A stretch of 64,000 nucleotides of DNA, taken from an uncultured Acidobacteriota bacterium. Lineage in GTDB: Bacteria; Acidobacteriota; Thermoanaerobaculia; UBA5066. The stretch is from assembly GCA_963779415.1 (NCBI GenBank), contig CAVZYA010000003.1:96001-160000 (forward strand), read 5' to 3'. How positions within the stretch are numbered: position 1 is the first letter of the stretch; each line of letters begins with the position of its first letter. Position numbers and translations under genes: made by a program. Of this stretch, positions 35,676 through 45,849 are shown one piece after another. The notes beneath the pieces were generated by a model. That model did no database searches and had not been told where the DNA came from. It was given only the letters and a program-made list of their open reading frames with translations.

Positions 35676-36595
35676 CTACTTCATCAGGGCGGCCACGTCC
35701 GCGGCGAGGTCGGCGGCCTTTTTCTCGACCCCCTCCCCCACCCTCATCCGGACGAAACGGACGACGCGCGCGCCTTCGCCCCCGCGCTCGGCGACGACCT
35801 GAGACACCTTCTTCGAGTCGTCCTTGACGAACGGCTGGTCGACGAGAACGACCTCGCCGTACCACTTCCCGACCATCCCCTCGACCATCTTCTCGACGAC
35901 GTTCGGCGGCTTGCCGGCCGCCGCCGCCTTCGCGCGCGCGATTTCCTTCTCGTCCTCGACCGCCTTCGCCGGGACCGCGTCCCGGGTCGCCCAGTGCGGC
36001 GCGAGGGCCGCGACCTGCATCGCGAGATCCCTCGCGAGCGTCTCGTCGCAGGCCGCCGTCTCGAGGACGACGACGTTCTTGTCGCCCGTGTGCGCGTAGA
36101 GCGTCAGACTGCCCGCCCGGCGCGGCCACGAGCCGGGCCGCGCGCCGCAGCTGCGTGTTCTCGCCGGTCTTTGCCGTGAAGGCCTTCAGCCAGTCGGCGA
36201 TCGTTCCCGACGCCCCGGGGAGGCCGGCGGGAGACGGGAGCCGCTTGACGGCCTCGACGTCGAGCGACGGAGCGTCTCCGAACGCCGCGTGGGCGAAGAC
36301 GGCCTCCGCGAGGAGCTGCCGGGCCTTCCGGAAGTCGTCGGTCTTGGCGACGAAGTCGGTCTCGCAGTTCAGCTCGACGAGAGCGGCCGTCTCCTCCCTC
36401 GATCCGGTGGCCGACGAGTCCGTCGGCGGCCACGCGCCCGGACTTCTTCGCGGCATCGGCGAGCCCCTTCTTCCGGAGGATCTTTTCGGCCTCCTCGATC
36501 TTTCCGTTCGTCTCCTTCAGCGCGTTCTGGCAGTCCAGAAGGCCGGCGCCGGTCTTGTCCCGTAGCTCCTTGACCTGTAGCGCGGTGATCGCCAT
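35676..36595 (-). CDS. tsf: Elongation factor Ts; two apparent frameshifts (near 36395 and 36105)
   Basis: [22 protein letters not shown]; [11 protein letters not shown]; [10 protein letters not shown]...[10 protein letters not shown] found in three frames. Confidence 0.93.
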
Positions 36596-36616
36596 GTCTC
36601 GTCTCATCCTCGCGTG

Positions 36617-36652
36617 AAAAGGGCCGCGCCGGGAGGGGTCCCCGCGCGGCCC
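36617..36652 (-). terminator. Terminator/attenuator between rpsB and tsf
   Basis: GGGCCGCGC...GCGCGGCCC stem followed by TTTT on the minus strand. Confidence 0.6.
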
Positions 36653-36673
36653 GTGATCGATCGGTTCGGGTCT

Positions 36674-37472
36674 TTACGCCGGGACCGCAGGGACGTCCTC
36701 GGCCGCCTTGGCCGGCTCGGCCACCTGGAAGTTCGTCGGCATCGGCTCGTCGTCGCCGTGCTCGACCTTTCCGATGAACCGCTCCTCCTGGGCATGGAGC
36801 CCCTCGAGGACGGCGTCGGAGATCTTCGACGGTGAAGAGCTTGATCGCACGGATCGCGTCGTCGTTTCCGGGGATGACGTAGTCGATGTCGTCCGGGTCG
36901 CAGTTCGTGTCCACGATGGCCACGACCGGGATCGCGAGCTTCCGGGCTTCCTGCACCGCGATTCCCTCGTTCTTCGGGTCGATCACGAAGAGGACGTCCG
37001 GCAGCTCCTCCATCTCCTTGATCCCGATCAGGTTCTTCGCGAGCTTGGCCTTCTCGCGGTCGAGGTGGATCCGCTCCTTCTTCGTCAGGATCGCGTCGGA
37101 GCCGTCGGCGAGCATCGCCTCGATCTCCTTGAGGCGCGCCACCGACTTCCGGATCGTCACGAAGTTCGTGAGGGTGCCGCCCAGCCAGCGGTTGTTCACG
37201 TAGAACATGCCGCAGCGGTTGGCCTCCTCGTAGATGGCGTCGTGCGCCTGGCGCTTCGTTCCGACGAAGAGGATGTTCTTCCCCTGCGAGGCGACGTCCG
37301 TGACGAACGCCGCCGCCTCGCGGAAGCACTTGAGCGTCTTCTGGAGGTCGATGATGTAGATGCCGTTCCGCTTCCCGAAGATGTACTTCTTCATCTTCGG
37401 GTTCCAGCGCTTCGTCTGGTGGCCGAAGTGGACACCCGCCTCGAGGAGCTCCTTCATCGTGATCTGGCTCAT
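36674..37472 (-). CDS. rpsB: 30S ribosomal protein S2; apparent frameshift near 36830
   Basis: [35 protein letters not shown]; corrected frame ends at TAA 36674. Confidence 0.96.
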
Positions 37473-37482
37473 TCTTCTCCCC

Positions 37483-37875
37483 TTACCGCTTCGAGAACTG
37501 GAAGCGGGCGCGGGCCCCGCGCTGGCCGTACTTCTTCCGTTCCTTCATCCGCGAGTCGCGCACGAGGAGCCCGGCCTTCTTCAGGGTCGGGCGCAGCTCG
37601 ACGTTGAACAGGCAGAGGGCGCGGGCGATGCCGTGCCGGATCGCGCCGGCCTGTCCGGCCACGCCGCCGCCGTCCACGCTGGCGACGATGTCGAACTTCT
37701 CCGCCGTCTCGGTCAGCGCGAGAGGCTGCCGGATGACCATCTTCAGAACGTCGTTCGGGAAGTAATCCTCGAACTTCCGGCCGTTCACCGACACGATGCC
37801 GGTGCCGGGACGGAGATAGACGCGGGCCACCGACTCCTTCCGGCGCCCCACCGCTTGAAACTGCTGGCTCGTCAA
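37483..37875 (-). CDS. rpsI: 30S ribosomal protein S9
   Basis: [29 protein letters not shown]. Confidence 0.98.
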   Translation of the reverse strand: MTSQQFQAVGRRKESVARVYLRPGTGIVSVNGRKFEDYFPNDVLKMVIRQPLALTETAEKFDIVASVDGGGVAGQAGAIRHGIARALCLFNVELRPTLKKAGLLVRDSRMKERKKYGQRGARARFQFSKR

Positions 37876-37899
37876 GGCTCTCGCTCTCCTTTGCGGCGC

Positions 37900-38334
37900 T
37901 CAGGCGGACGCGGCGGCCGGCGCCTGGGCCGCGTGAGGGTGATGGGGTCCGGCATAGACCTTCAGCTTCTTCAGCATCTTCTTGCCGAGCTTCGTCTTCG
38001 GGAGCATCCCCTGCACGGCGGACTCGATGAGGCGCTCGGGACGCTCGACGCGGAGCTTCTGGGCGACGATCGACTTCAGGCCGCCCGGGAAGCCGGTGTG
38101 GCGGTGATAGATTTTCGCGCCCTCCTTGCGGCCGGTCAGGACCACCTTCTCGGCGTTGACCACGACGACGAAGTCGCCGGTGTCGAGGAAGGGCGTGTAG
38201 TGCGGCTTCGTCTTCCCCGTGAGGTGGCGGGCCACCTGGGTCGCGAGCCGTCCGAGGACCTTGCCGTCGGCGTCGACGACGATCCACCGGCGGGAGAGTT
38301 CCGAGGTCTTGGGGAGCGGCGTTCGCATGCTCAC
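37900..38334 (-). CDS. rplM: 50S ribosomal protein L13
   Basis: [35 protein letters not shown]. Confidence 0.98.
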   Translation of the reverse strand: MSMRTPLPKTSELSRRWIVVDADGKVLGRLATQVARHLTGKTKPHYTPFLDTGDFVVVVNAEKVVLTGRKEGAKIYHRHTGFPGGLKSIVAQKLRVERPERLIESAVQGMLPKTKLGKKMLKKLKVYAGPHHPHAAQAPAAASA

Positions 38335-38501
38335 GGGGTCAGACTTCTCCGGTCTTCGAGTTCGGGGGACGGGCCCCCTCGGGCTTTTTCATCCGGAGCC
38401 GCAGGTCTCTTTGATGCGGCCCACGCGGATGCATCGAAAGACCAGAGCCCCGACGGCGGACGACGGCGGGATCGGGCAAACCCTTTCCCGCAGGGGGCGA
38501 A

Positions 38502-38530
38502 AAGATACGTCACGGCAAAGATCGTGTCAA
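38502..38530 (-). promoter_or_regulatory. Sigma70 promoter for the rplM operon
   Basis: TTGACA, 17 nt, TATCTT. Confidence 0.8.
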
Positions 38531-38558
38531 GGACGCGACCGGACGGCACAATACGTCC

Positions 38559-39479
38559 ATGAGCGCTCTGCCTCTCGACGGGAAGAAGATCGCCGCCGAG
38601 ATCCGGGCCGAGGTGGCGGACGGCGTCCGGGCCCTCGCGGAGCGGGGCGTCGTCCCCGGGCTGGCCGCCGTCCTCGTCGGCGACGACCCCGCCAGCGCCG
38701 TCTACGTCCGGAACAAGGGGAAGGCGGCCGGGGAGGCGGGCATCGCCTCCCGGACGCTTCGCTTTCCCGCGGACCTCCGCGGGGACGATCTCCTCCGGAC
38801 GATCGACGCGCTCAACCGCGACGACGAGGTCGATGCGATCCTCGTCCAGCTCCCGCTCCCTCCCGGGATCCGCGAGGAGCGGATCCTCGAGGCCGTCGAT
38901 CCCGCGAAGGACGTGGACGGATTCCATCCCGTCAACGTCGGGCGGCTCGTCCAGAAGAAGCCCGGCCCCCGCCCCTGCACGCCGGCCGGGATCATGGAGC
39001 TTCTCCGCCGCGAGGGGATCTCCCTTCGCGGGATGCGCGCCGTCGTCGTCGGACGAAGCGACATCGTCGGCAAGCCGATGGCGAGCCTCCTGATGCACGA
39101 CGACGCCACCGTGACCGTCGCGCATTCGAAGACGCGGGACCTTCCGGGCGTCTGTCGCGAGGCCGACCTCCTCGTCGCCGCGATGGGGAAGGCCGGCTTC
39201 GTGACGGGAGACTTCGTGAAGGAGGGAGCCGTCGTCGTCGACGTCGGGATCAACCGGATCTCCGACGCCGCGGCGCTCGCGCGCTTCTTCCCCGGGGACG
39301 CCGCCCGGGCTGCCGAGTTCGAAAAGAAAGGCTCGACGCTCGTGGGCGACTGCGATCCCGTCTCCGTCGGAGAGCGCGCGGGGCGGCTGACGCCGGTGCC
39401 GGGAGGCGTCGGGCCGCTCACGATCGCGATGCTCCTCGCCAACACCCTCGACCTCGCGCGCAGACGCCGCGGGAGCTGA
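38559..39479 (+). CDS. folD: Bifunctional methylene-THF dehydrogenase/cyclohydrolase
   Basis: YVRNK, ILVQLPLP, KDVDGFHP, GRSDIVGKP, TPVPGGVGPLT. Confidence 0.97.
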   Translation: MSALPLDGKKIAAEIRAEVADGVRALAERGVVPGLAAVLVGDDPASAVYVRNKGKAAGEAGIASRTLRFPADLRGDDLLRTIDALNRDDEVDAILVQLPLPPGIREERILEAVDPAKDVDGFHPVNVGRLVQKKPGPRPCTPAGIMELLRREGISLRGMRAVVVGRSDIVGKPMASLLMHDDATVTVAHSKTRDLPGVCREADLLVAAMGKAGFVTGDFVKEGAVVVDVGINRISDAAALARFFPGDAARAAEFEKKGSTLVGDCDPVSVGERAGRLTPVPGGVGPLTIAMLLANTLDLARRRRGS

Positions 39480-39489
39480 GGGCCCTCGC

Positions 39490-40125
39490 GTGCCGCCCGG
39501 CCGCATTCTCCGCGTGGGGCTGACGGGAGGGATCGCCTCCGGAAAGAGCACGGTCGCCTCGCGCCTCCGCGAGCAGGGGATTCCGGTCCTCGACGCGGAC
39601 GAGGTCGTCCGCGATCTCTACCGGCCCGGGGGCGAAGGCGCCCGCCTCGTCGCCGAGGAGTTCGGGCCTGCGATGCTCGATCCCTCGGGGGGTGTCGACC
39701 GCGCCCGCCTCGCCCGCCACGTCTTCGCCGATCCCCTCGCCCTCGCGCGCCTGAACGCCCGGATCCACCCGCTCGTCATCGAGACGCAGCGGCGGTGGCT
39801 CGCCGAGCGCGAGGAGTCGGGCGACCGGATCGCCGTGATCGAGGCGACCCTCCTCGTCGAGAGCGGCGGCCGGGGCCGGTACGACCTCGTCATCGCCGTC
39901 TCGGCGCCCGAGGAGGTCCGCCTCGAGCGCGCCGTCCGCCGGAGCGGCGAGATCGAGCGCGAGGGCCTCCGCCGCCGGATCGCCGCGCAGATGCGGGACG
40001 CCGAGCGGGAGAGGGCCGCCGACATCGTCCTCCGCTCCGACGGAACGAAGGAAGAGCTGACGGAAAAGGTCGACGCGCTCGCCGGGAAGCTGAAGGAGAT
40101 GGCGGCCGGGCGCGTCAGCGGCTGA
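39490..40125 (+). CDS. coaE: Dephospho-CoA kinase
   Basis: VGLTGGIASGKSTV, LDAD, LNARIHP, RRIAAQM. Confidence 0.95.
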   Translation: MPPGRILRVGLTGGIASGKSTVASRLREQGIPVLDADEVVRDLYRPGGEGARLVAEEFGPAMLDPSGGVDRARLARHVFADPLALARLNARIHPLVIETQRRWLAEREESGDRIAVIEATLLVESGGRGRYDLVIAVSAPEEVRLERAVRRSGEIEREGLRRRIAAQMRDAERERAADIVLRSDGTKEELTEKVDALAGKLKEMAAGRVSG

Positions 40126-40681
40126 GCGCCTCGCGAAGCGCCGCGAAGGCCCGCGCCCGGTGGGAGTCCCGGTTCTTCTCCTCCTCGCTCATCTCGGCGA
40201 ACGTCCGCGTCTCGCCCGAAGGGATGAAGACGACGTCCCAGCCGAAGCCGCCAGTGCCGCGGGGCTCCTTCGCGATCGTCCCGGCGCGGCGGCCCACGAC
40301 GACGACGACGTCCTCGGGACGATCGCCGGCTTTCGCGAGGGCGAGCGCCGACACGGCCGCCGCGCTCCGGTCGGGAAACGGGCCCAGCATCCGCGCGAGC
40401 CCCGCCGGGCCGACCGGCGCCATGAGCATCCACTTCGTCATCGGCCCGGGAAAGCCCCCCCACGCGACGACCTCAATCCCGGAATCCTCGACGAGAACGG
40501 GCCCCCCGACCGCCGCGGCGGCCTCGAGCGCCTTGGCCCTCGCCACCTCGGCGAAGTCGAGGGACTGGATCTCCGGAAGGTCGAGCGGCACGGCATGGAC
40601 CGGCCGCCCGAGGAAATGAGACGCCTCGCGCGCCTTTCCCGGGTTCGAGGTGACGAAGGCGATGGCGGGAGGGACGGGCAT
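40115..40681 (-). CDS. rdgB: Non-canonical purine NTP pyrophosphatase (HAM1/ITPase)
   Basis: ATG 40681; FVTSNPGK, LPEIQ, VEDSG, GFGWD, EKNRDSHR. Confidence 0.92.
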   Translation of the reverse strand: MPVPPAIAFVTSNPGKAREASHFLGRPVHAVPLDLPEIQSLDFAEVARAKALEAAAAVGGPVLVEDSGIEVVAWGGFPGPMTKWMLMAPVGPAGLARMLGPFPDRSAAAVSALALAKAGDRPEDVVVVVGRRAGTIAKEPRGTGGFGWDVVFIPSGETRTFAEMSEEEKNRDSHRARAFAALREALSR

Positions 40682-40689
40682 CTTCGCGC

Positions 40690-42314
40690 TCAGCTCCGGA
40701 CCGGGCGGACCGGAATCCCTTTCCCGTCGAGGGCGACGCGAAAGGCCGTGAGCCCCTTCGACAGCCCCTTGAGCCGGACCTCGCCGAGCGGCAGGAAGGA
40801 GAAGTCGTCCCCGGCGAGGCGCGCTGTCTCCTCGCCGACGACGATCTCGTTCGGCCCCGCGACGTACTCCTCGAGGCGGGCGGCGACGTTCACCGTATTT
40901 CCGAGGACCGTGTAGTCGACGCGCTGGTCCGAGCCGATGTCCCCGACGACCGCGTTTCCGGTGTTGATCCCGATACGGAGCGCGACGGGCGCCTCGCCCG
41001 CGGCCGCCCGCTCGAGGTTCCACTCGAGAACGGCTTCGACGAGGCGCGCCGCCGCCGCCACGGCCCGTCGCGGGTGGTCGGCCTGCGCGATCGGGGCGCC
41101 GAAAAAGGCCATGACGGCGTCGCCGATGAACTTGTCGAGGGTCCCCCCCTGCGCGAAGACGGCGTCGGCGGCGAACGTGAAGATCCGCGAGAGGAACCTC
41201 GCGACCGCGTCCGGCTCCATCTTCTCGGCGACGGTCGTGAAGCCGACGATGTCGGCGAAAAGGACGCTCACGGGGCGCGTCCGCGCCTTCTCGAGGGCCG
41301 AGCTTTCCGAGGCGATCTCCTCGACCACGGCGGGCGAGTGGTAGCGCGAGAGCCGCTCGCGGATCCGCTCCTCGCGCTCGATCCGCCCCTGCAGGCGCGC
41401 CCGCTCGATGGCGACCGCCGCGAAGTTGCCGAGAGCCGTCAGGAGATCGAGGTCCTCGGCGGAGAAGCTGCCGGCCTTGAGAGGCGAGTCGACGTGGAGG
41501 GCGCCGATGACGTTCTCCCGGTTCCAGAGCGGGACGCACATGGCGGAGCGGATCTGCTGGATCCGGATCGACTCCCCCGCGTCGAACCGGCCGTCCGTGA
41601 GCGCGTCGGAGGTCAGGACGGCCACGCGCTGGCGGACGACGGTCTCGACGATCGTGTGCGAGAAGGAGTCGGTCCCCTCCTGCCCTTTCTTCCCCTTCTG
41701 ACGGGCGAGCATCGGGACGGGACGCCCCTTCTCGTCGAGGAGGACGACGGCCGCGCGCTCGGCCGGAAGGAGTCCGAACAGAAGGTCGACTACCTTCTCG
41801 AGGATCTCGTTCACCTCGCGGGCATCGATGAGGGTCCTGGCGACCTGGACGAGAATCTCGAAGAGCTTCTCGCGCCGCTCGGCCGCGGGAAGCCTCCGGC
41901 CGAGGATCGTCCCCGAGATCTCGGCGGCCGGCTCGTCGAGGCGGAAGTCCCGGTTGAAGTCGGCGAGCGAGCGGACGAACGTGGCGCCCGGGTCTCCCAC
42001 CGAGGCGCCGTGCGGGCCCCGGAGAGACGACTCCTCGTGAACCGTCAGCGTGAAGATCCCGACGTTCAGGACGTCCCCGGGCTGGAGAGGGGAGCGCTCC
42101 ACGTAGGCGCCGTTGACGTTCGAAGACCGTTCGTGGAGTGCTGGTCGGAGACCCACCACTGTCCCGCCTCGAACCCGAAGAGGGCATGGCGGCGGGAGAC
42201 CGAAAAGTCGTTCAGGACGATCCCGTTGTCCGTCGAACGGCCGAGCGTCATCCCGGATCCCGAGAGCGGGGTCCGATGGACCTTCCCCCCGACTTCGTAG
42301 AGGAGCTCGAGCAT
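40690..42314 (-). CDS. FHA-GAF-class III adenylate cyclase; frameshift near 42125
   Basis: FHA LGRS...VSRRHA...STNG; GAF SAMCVPL; cyclase LFADIVGFT, DKFIGDAVMA, DYTVLGNTVNVAARL. Confidence 0.88.
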
Positions 42315-42329
42315 GGAATCGGGCGCCGA

Positions 42330-42830
42330 TTATCGCGCGGAGGAGGGAGTCGCCGGCGCGGGCACGGCAGGCGGCGTCCCTCCTTCGCCCGGGACCGGGG
42401 TGAGCGGGATGATCTGCGGGACGATCTCGCGGCGCGGGCGCGGTGGCGGAGTCACTTCGAGAGGTCCCGGGTGGAGGCGAATGGAGCGGGCCGGGACGAA
42501 GGCCAGGGGCGTCCCGTCACTCCGGATCCCGTAGAAGCCGGGCTCGACGAGAACGACCTCCACGGCCGCCCCCTCCTCCAGCGTCCCGGCGACCGGCGCT
42601 CCGTAGTCGGGCGCGAGGAGGATCGGGCAGCGCTCGGTCGCGACTCCGGGAGCCGCGGGATTCTTCGAGGCCGCTTCGGCCCGCTTCGCGAGCGCGGCAC
42701 GCGCCGACGAGACGTCGAGAAGAGCGGGTGTGGCGCGGGACGCCGGGGCCGCCGGCCGCGAGCGCGAGCAGGCCGCCGCCGCGAGAGCCGCCGCCGCGAA
42801 GAGAACCCGCCGGAACCCCGCTCTCGTCAT
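42330..42830 (-). CDS. Hypothetical lipoprotein with SH3b-like domain and Pro-rich tail
   Basis: Lipobox-like AAAAC; APDYGAPVAGTLEEGAAVEV...GFYGIR...FVPARSI resembles bacterial SH3. Confidence 0.55.
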   Translation of the reverse strand: MTRAGFRRVLFAAAALAAAACSRSRPAAPASRATPALLDVSSARAALAKRAEAASKNPAAPGVATERCPILLAPDYGAPVAGTLEEGAAVEVVLVEPGFYGIRSDGTPLAFVPARSIRLHPGPLEVTPPPRPRREIVPQIIPLTPVPGEGGTPPAVPAPATPSSAR

Positions 42831-42837
42831 GCCGTCC

Positions 42838-44121
42838 TCAGACCTCGTCGCGCACGAGCGGCATCGTCATGCAGCGCGGGCCTCCGCGCGCCCTGTCCAG
42901 CTCCGTCGAGGAGAGCTGGATCGCGATCTTCCGCCGCCGCTTCCGGTCGAGCTCCGTCCGGCCGAGGAGGAGGTCGTCGTCCCTCACGATTTCCCACCCG
43001 ACGGCAGAGAGCGCCTCGGCCGTCCGCGCGTTCCGCTCGTAGCAGAGGATGACCCCGGGCGCGAGGGCGAACGCGTTCGCGCCGTCGGTCCACTGCTCGC
43101 GCTGCTGGTCGATCGGGTCGCCGCCGCCGCAGGGGATCGGGGCGAGGTCGAGCTTGCGGGAGCGGAGGACCGAGAGGAGATCGTCACCGGCCGTCCAGAC
43201 CACCTCGCGCCGGGTCAGGTCCGCCTCGTAGACGTCGGCCTCCTCGGCTCCCCCCGGCAGGATCATCGGGGCGTAGCAGAGCGCCTCTCCGGCAGAGACC
43301 ATCGTGAAGACGGTGTCGAGGTGCATGAAGGAGCGCGCCGGGGGAATCCCGACGACGACGAGACGCCGCACGGGCGAGCGGGCGCGGCGGAGCGCCTCGG
43401 CGAGGCGTTCGATCGTCGTCTTCTCCGTCCGCTCCGAGTAGCCGATCGCGAGGAGGTCCTCGCGAAGGACGAGGACGTCCCCTCCTTCGAGCGTCGGACG
43501 CATCCGGGCCCACGAGACGTCCGCCGGACGCGGCGGCGGGAACTCCTGGAACCAGAAGATCCCTCCCTCCCGTGCGAAGCGCGGGTGATGCGCGAAGACG
43601 GCTCCGGAGAGAAGCGGCTCGCGGAGCCGTGCGGGTGTCGCCATGGCGGCCCGGATGACGCGGTCGGAGACGACGACGGCCGGGTCACGCTGGAAGAACC
43701 AGTTCGGCACCGGAGGGAGGAGGAAGAGCGACTCGATCGAGCTCGAGATGACCGGGTTCTCCCGGGGAAGCCCCTCGACGAGCGCCGCGGCGAGCTCCGC
43801 GGGGGGCAGGGCGGCCAGCCGTTCCGTGAGCGAAGGGTCGAATCCGAGGTCCTGCGAGAGCTCGCCGAGCACGGCCCTCCGCGCGTCCCCGTCCGAAAGG
43901 ACCTCCTCGAGCAGGTCGCGCACTTCGAGCACCTCGTCCGCCACGAGCGCGAGGAGCCGCTGGAAGCGCCGGTGCTCCTCACGCGCCCGGGCCCCGAATA
44001 GGATGTCGTCGAAGAGAAGGTCGCGCATCATCGCCGGGACCATCCGGTCGATCTCCCGTCCCGGCAGGTGGACGAGGACCGAACGGAGTCTCCCGATCTC
44101 GGAGGTGACGGAAAGCGTCAT
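42838..44121 (-). CDS. arcA: Arginine deiminase family protein
   Basis: SEIGRLRSVLVHLPGRE, LLFDDI, FQRD, LEGGD, MHLDT, GGPRCMTMP; alternative start 44154. Confidence 0.9.
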   Translation of the reverse strand: MTLSVTSEIGRLRSVLVHLPGREIDRMVPAMMRDLLFDDILFGARAREEHRRFQRLLALVADEVLEVRDLLEEVLSDGDARRAVLGELSQDLGFDPSLTERLAALPPAELAAALVEGLPRENPVISSSIESLFLLPPVPNWFFQRDPAVVVSDRVIRAAMATPARLREPLLSGAVFAHHPRFAREGGIFWFQEFPPPRPADVSWARMRPTLEGGDVLVLREDLLAIGYSERTEKTTIERLAEALRRARSPVRRLVVVGIPPARSFMHLDTVFTMVSAGEALCYAPMILPGGAEEADVYEADLTRREVVWTAGDDLLSVLRSRKLDLAPIPCGGGDPIDQQREQWTDGANAFALAPGVILCYERNARTAEALSAVGWEIVRDDDLLLGRTELDRKRRRKIAIQLSSTELDRARGGPRCMTMPLVRDEV

Positions 44122-44207
44122 CGTGGGCGCGCCGATCCCGGGCGGCGGGGTCATCCTAGCAGGGGAACGGTGCTAACCTGACCGCGAATCGAGGAGGATC
44201 AGGCGTC

Positions 44208-44384
44208 GTGGAGCGGCCAAAGAACTCCGGCGAGGTCGACTTCATCGAGTGCAAGGAATGCGATTCTCCCTGCTACAACTTCCAGATCGACCTGCGGCGC
44301 GGCGTGATCGTCCAGGCTCTCTGCAACGTCTGCGGCAACGACGACCCGACCGAGTTCAAGATCCCCGACGAGTCGGAGGCATGA
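44208..44384 (+). CDS. Small Cys-rich putative zinc-ribbon protein (58 aa)
   Basis: GAGGAGG SD, GTG start; ...IECKECDSPCYNFQ...ALCNVCGNDDPTEF; not in the ORF track. Confidence 0.7.
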   Translation: MERPKNSGEVDFIECKECDSPCYNFQIDLRRGVIVQALCNVCGNDDPTEFKIPDESEA

Positions 44385-44391
44385 CCCCGCC

Positions 44392-45849
44392 ATGACGACG
44401 CCCGTCTCCCCCGCCGACCGGTACGAGAACCCCCTCAGCGTCCGCTATGCCTCGGCGGAGATGTCGACCCTCTTCTCGGCGCGTTCCAAGTTCGCCACGT
44501 GGCGGCGGCTCTGGCTCTGGCTGGCCGAGTCCGAGAAGGAGCTGGGCCTTCCGATCCCCGACGCCGCGCTCGTGCAGCTCCGCGAGCACCTCGTTCCCGG
44601 CGATGCGGAGCTTTCGGCGGCGGACCGATACGAGCGCGACACGAAACACGACGTCATGGCGCATCTCCACGCGCTCGGCGACGTCGCGCCCGCCGCGAAG
44701 GGAGTCCTCCACCTCGGGGCCACCTCCGCGTTCGTCGGCGACAACGCCGACCTCCTTCTCCTTCGCGAGGCCCTGCGCCTCCTCGCGCGGCGGACCGTCC
44801 GCGTCATGGGGCAGCTCGCGGCCTTCGCCCGGAAGTGGCGCGACCTCCCCTGCCTCGGCTTCACGCACTTTCAGGCCGCGCAGCCGACGACCGTCGGCAA
44901 GCGCGCCTGCCTCTGGCTTCAGGACCTCTCTCTCGACCACCGCGAGCTGACGCGCCGCGCCGAGGAGCTGCGCTTTCTCGGCTGCAAGGGGGCGACCGGG
45001 ACGCAGGCCTCGTTCGTCGCCCTCTTCGACGGCGACGTGGACAAGGCCGACCGTCTCGACAAGCTCGTCGCCGAAAAGGCCGGCTTCCCTGGGCGGCTCC
45101 TCGTCTCCGGACAGACCTACACCCGCAAGCAGGACGCCCTGATCCTCTCCGCCCTCGCGGGGCTCGGGGCCTCCGGCTCGAAATTCGGAAACGACCTCCG
45201 GCTCCTCCAGCACCTGAAGGAGGTCGAGGAGCCGTTCGGCGCCCGGCAGGTCGGCTCGTCGGCGATGCCCTACAAGCGGAACCCGATGAAGGCCGAGCGG
45301 ATCAACGCCCTCGCGCGCTGGCTCCTCGTCACGGCCCAGAGCGGCGACTGGACTCTCGCCACGCAGTGGTTCGAACGGACGCTCGACGACTCGGCGAACC
45401 GCCGCCTCGCCCTCCCCGAGTCCTTCCTCGCCGCCGACTCGATCCTTCTTCTGTGGGAGGCGGTCGCTTCGGGGCTCGTCGTCCACGAGAGCGTCGTCCG
45501 GCGCCGCCTCGACCTGGAGCTTCCCTTTCTCGCGACGGAGAACATCCTGATGGCGGCCGTCCGGAAGGGGGGCGACCGGCAGAAGGTCCACGAGCGGATT
45601 CGCGTCGCCTCGCAGGCCGCGGGCGACCGGCTGAAGGACCTGGGGGGACCGAACGACCTCCTCGAGAGAATCGCCGAAGACCCCGGGATCGGCCTCACGC
45701 CCGCGGAGATCGCCGCCGCGGCCGATCCCGCGCGCTTCATCGGGCGCGCTCCGGAGCAGGTGGACGAGTTCCTCGCCGCCGAGATCGACCCGATCCTCGC
45801 CGAGAACGCGGAGATCCTCCGGGGAGACGCCGCGGAGGTCCCGGTCTGA
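44392..45849 (+). CDS. purB: Adenylosuccinate lyase
   Basis: YENPLSVRYAS, HDVMAH, HLGATS, GSSAMPYKRNP, WFERTLDDSANRR. Confidence 0.97.
   Translation: MTTPVSPADRYENPLSVRYASAEMSTLFSARSKFATWRRLWLWLAESEKELGLPIPDAALVQLREHLVPGDAELSAADRYERDTKHDVMAHLHALGDVAPAAKGVLHLGATSAFVGDNADLLLLREALRLLARRTVRVMGQLAAFARKWRDLPCLGFTHFQAAQPTTVGKRACLWLQDLSLDHRELTRRAEELRFLGCKGATGTQASFVALFDGDVDKADRLDKLVAEKAGFPGRLLVSGQTYTRKQDALILSALAGLGASGSKFGNDLRLLQHLKEVEEPFGARQVGSSAMPYKRNPMKAERINALARWLLVTAQSGDWTLATQWFERTLDDSANRRLALPESFLAADSILLLWEAVASGLVVHESVVRRRLDLELPFLATENILMAAVRKGGDRQKVHERIRVASQAAGDRLKDLGGPNDLLERIAEDPGIGLTPAEIAAAADPARFIGRAPEQVDEFLAAEIDPILAENAEILRGDAAEVPV

Noticed and set aside
32437-36456. Apparent fused ORFs in the track (tsf-pyrH, extended rlmB, ispF, frr; also 47433..49211, 50378..53560, 53750..56179)
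   Set aside because: These are N-terminal extensions through off-frame neighbouring genes; true starts lie downstream with SD sequences or stop/start overlaps
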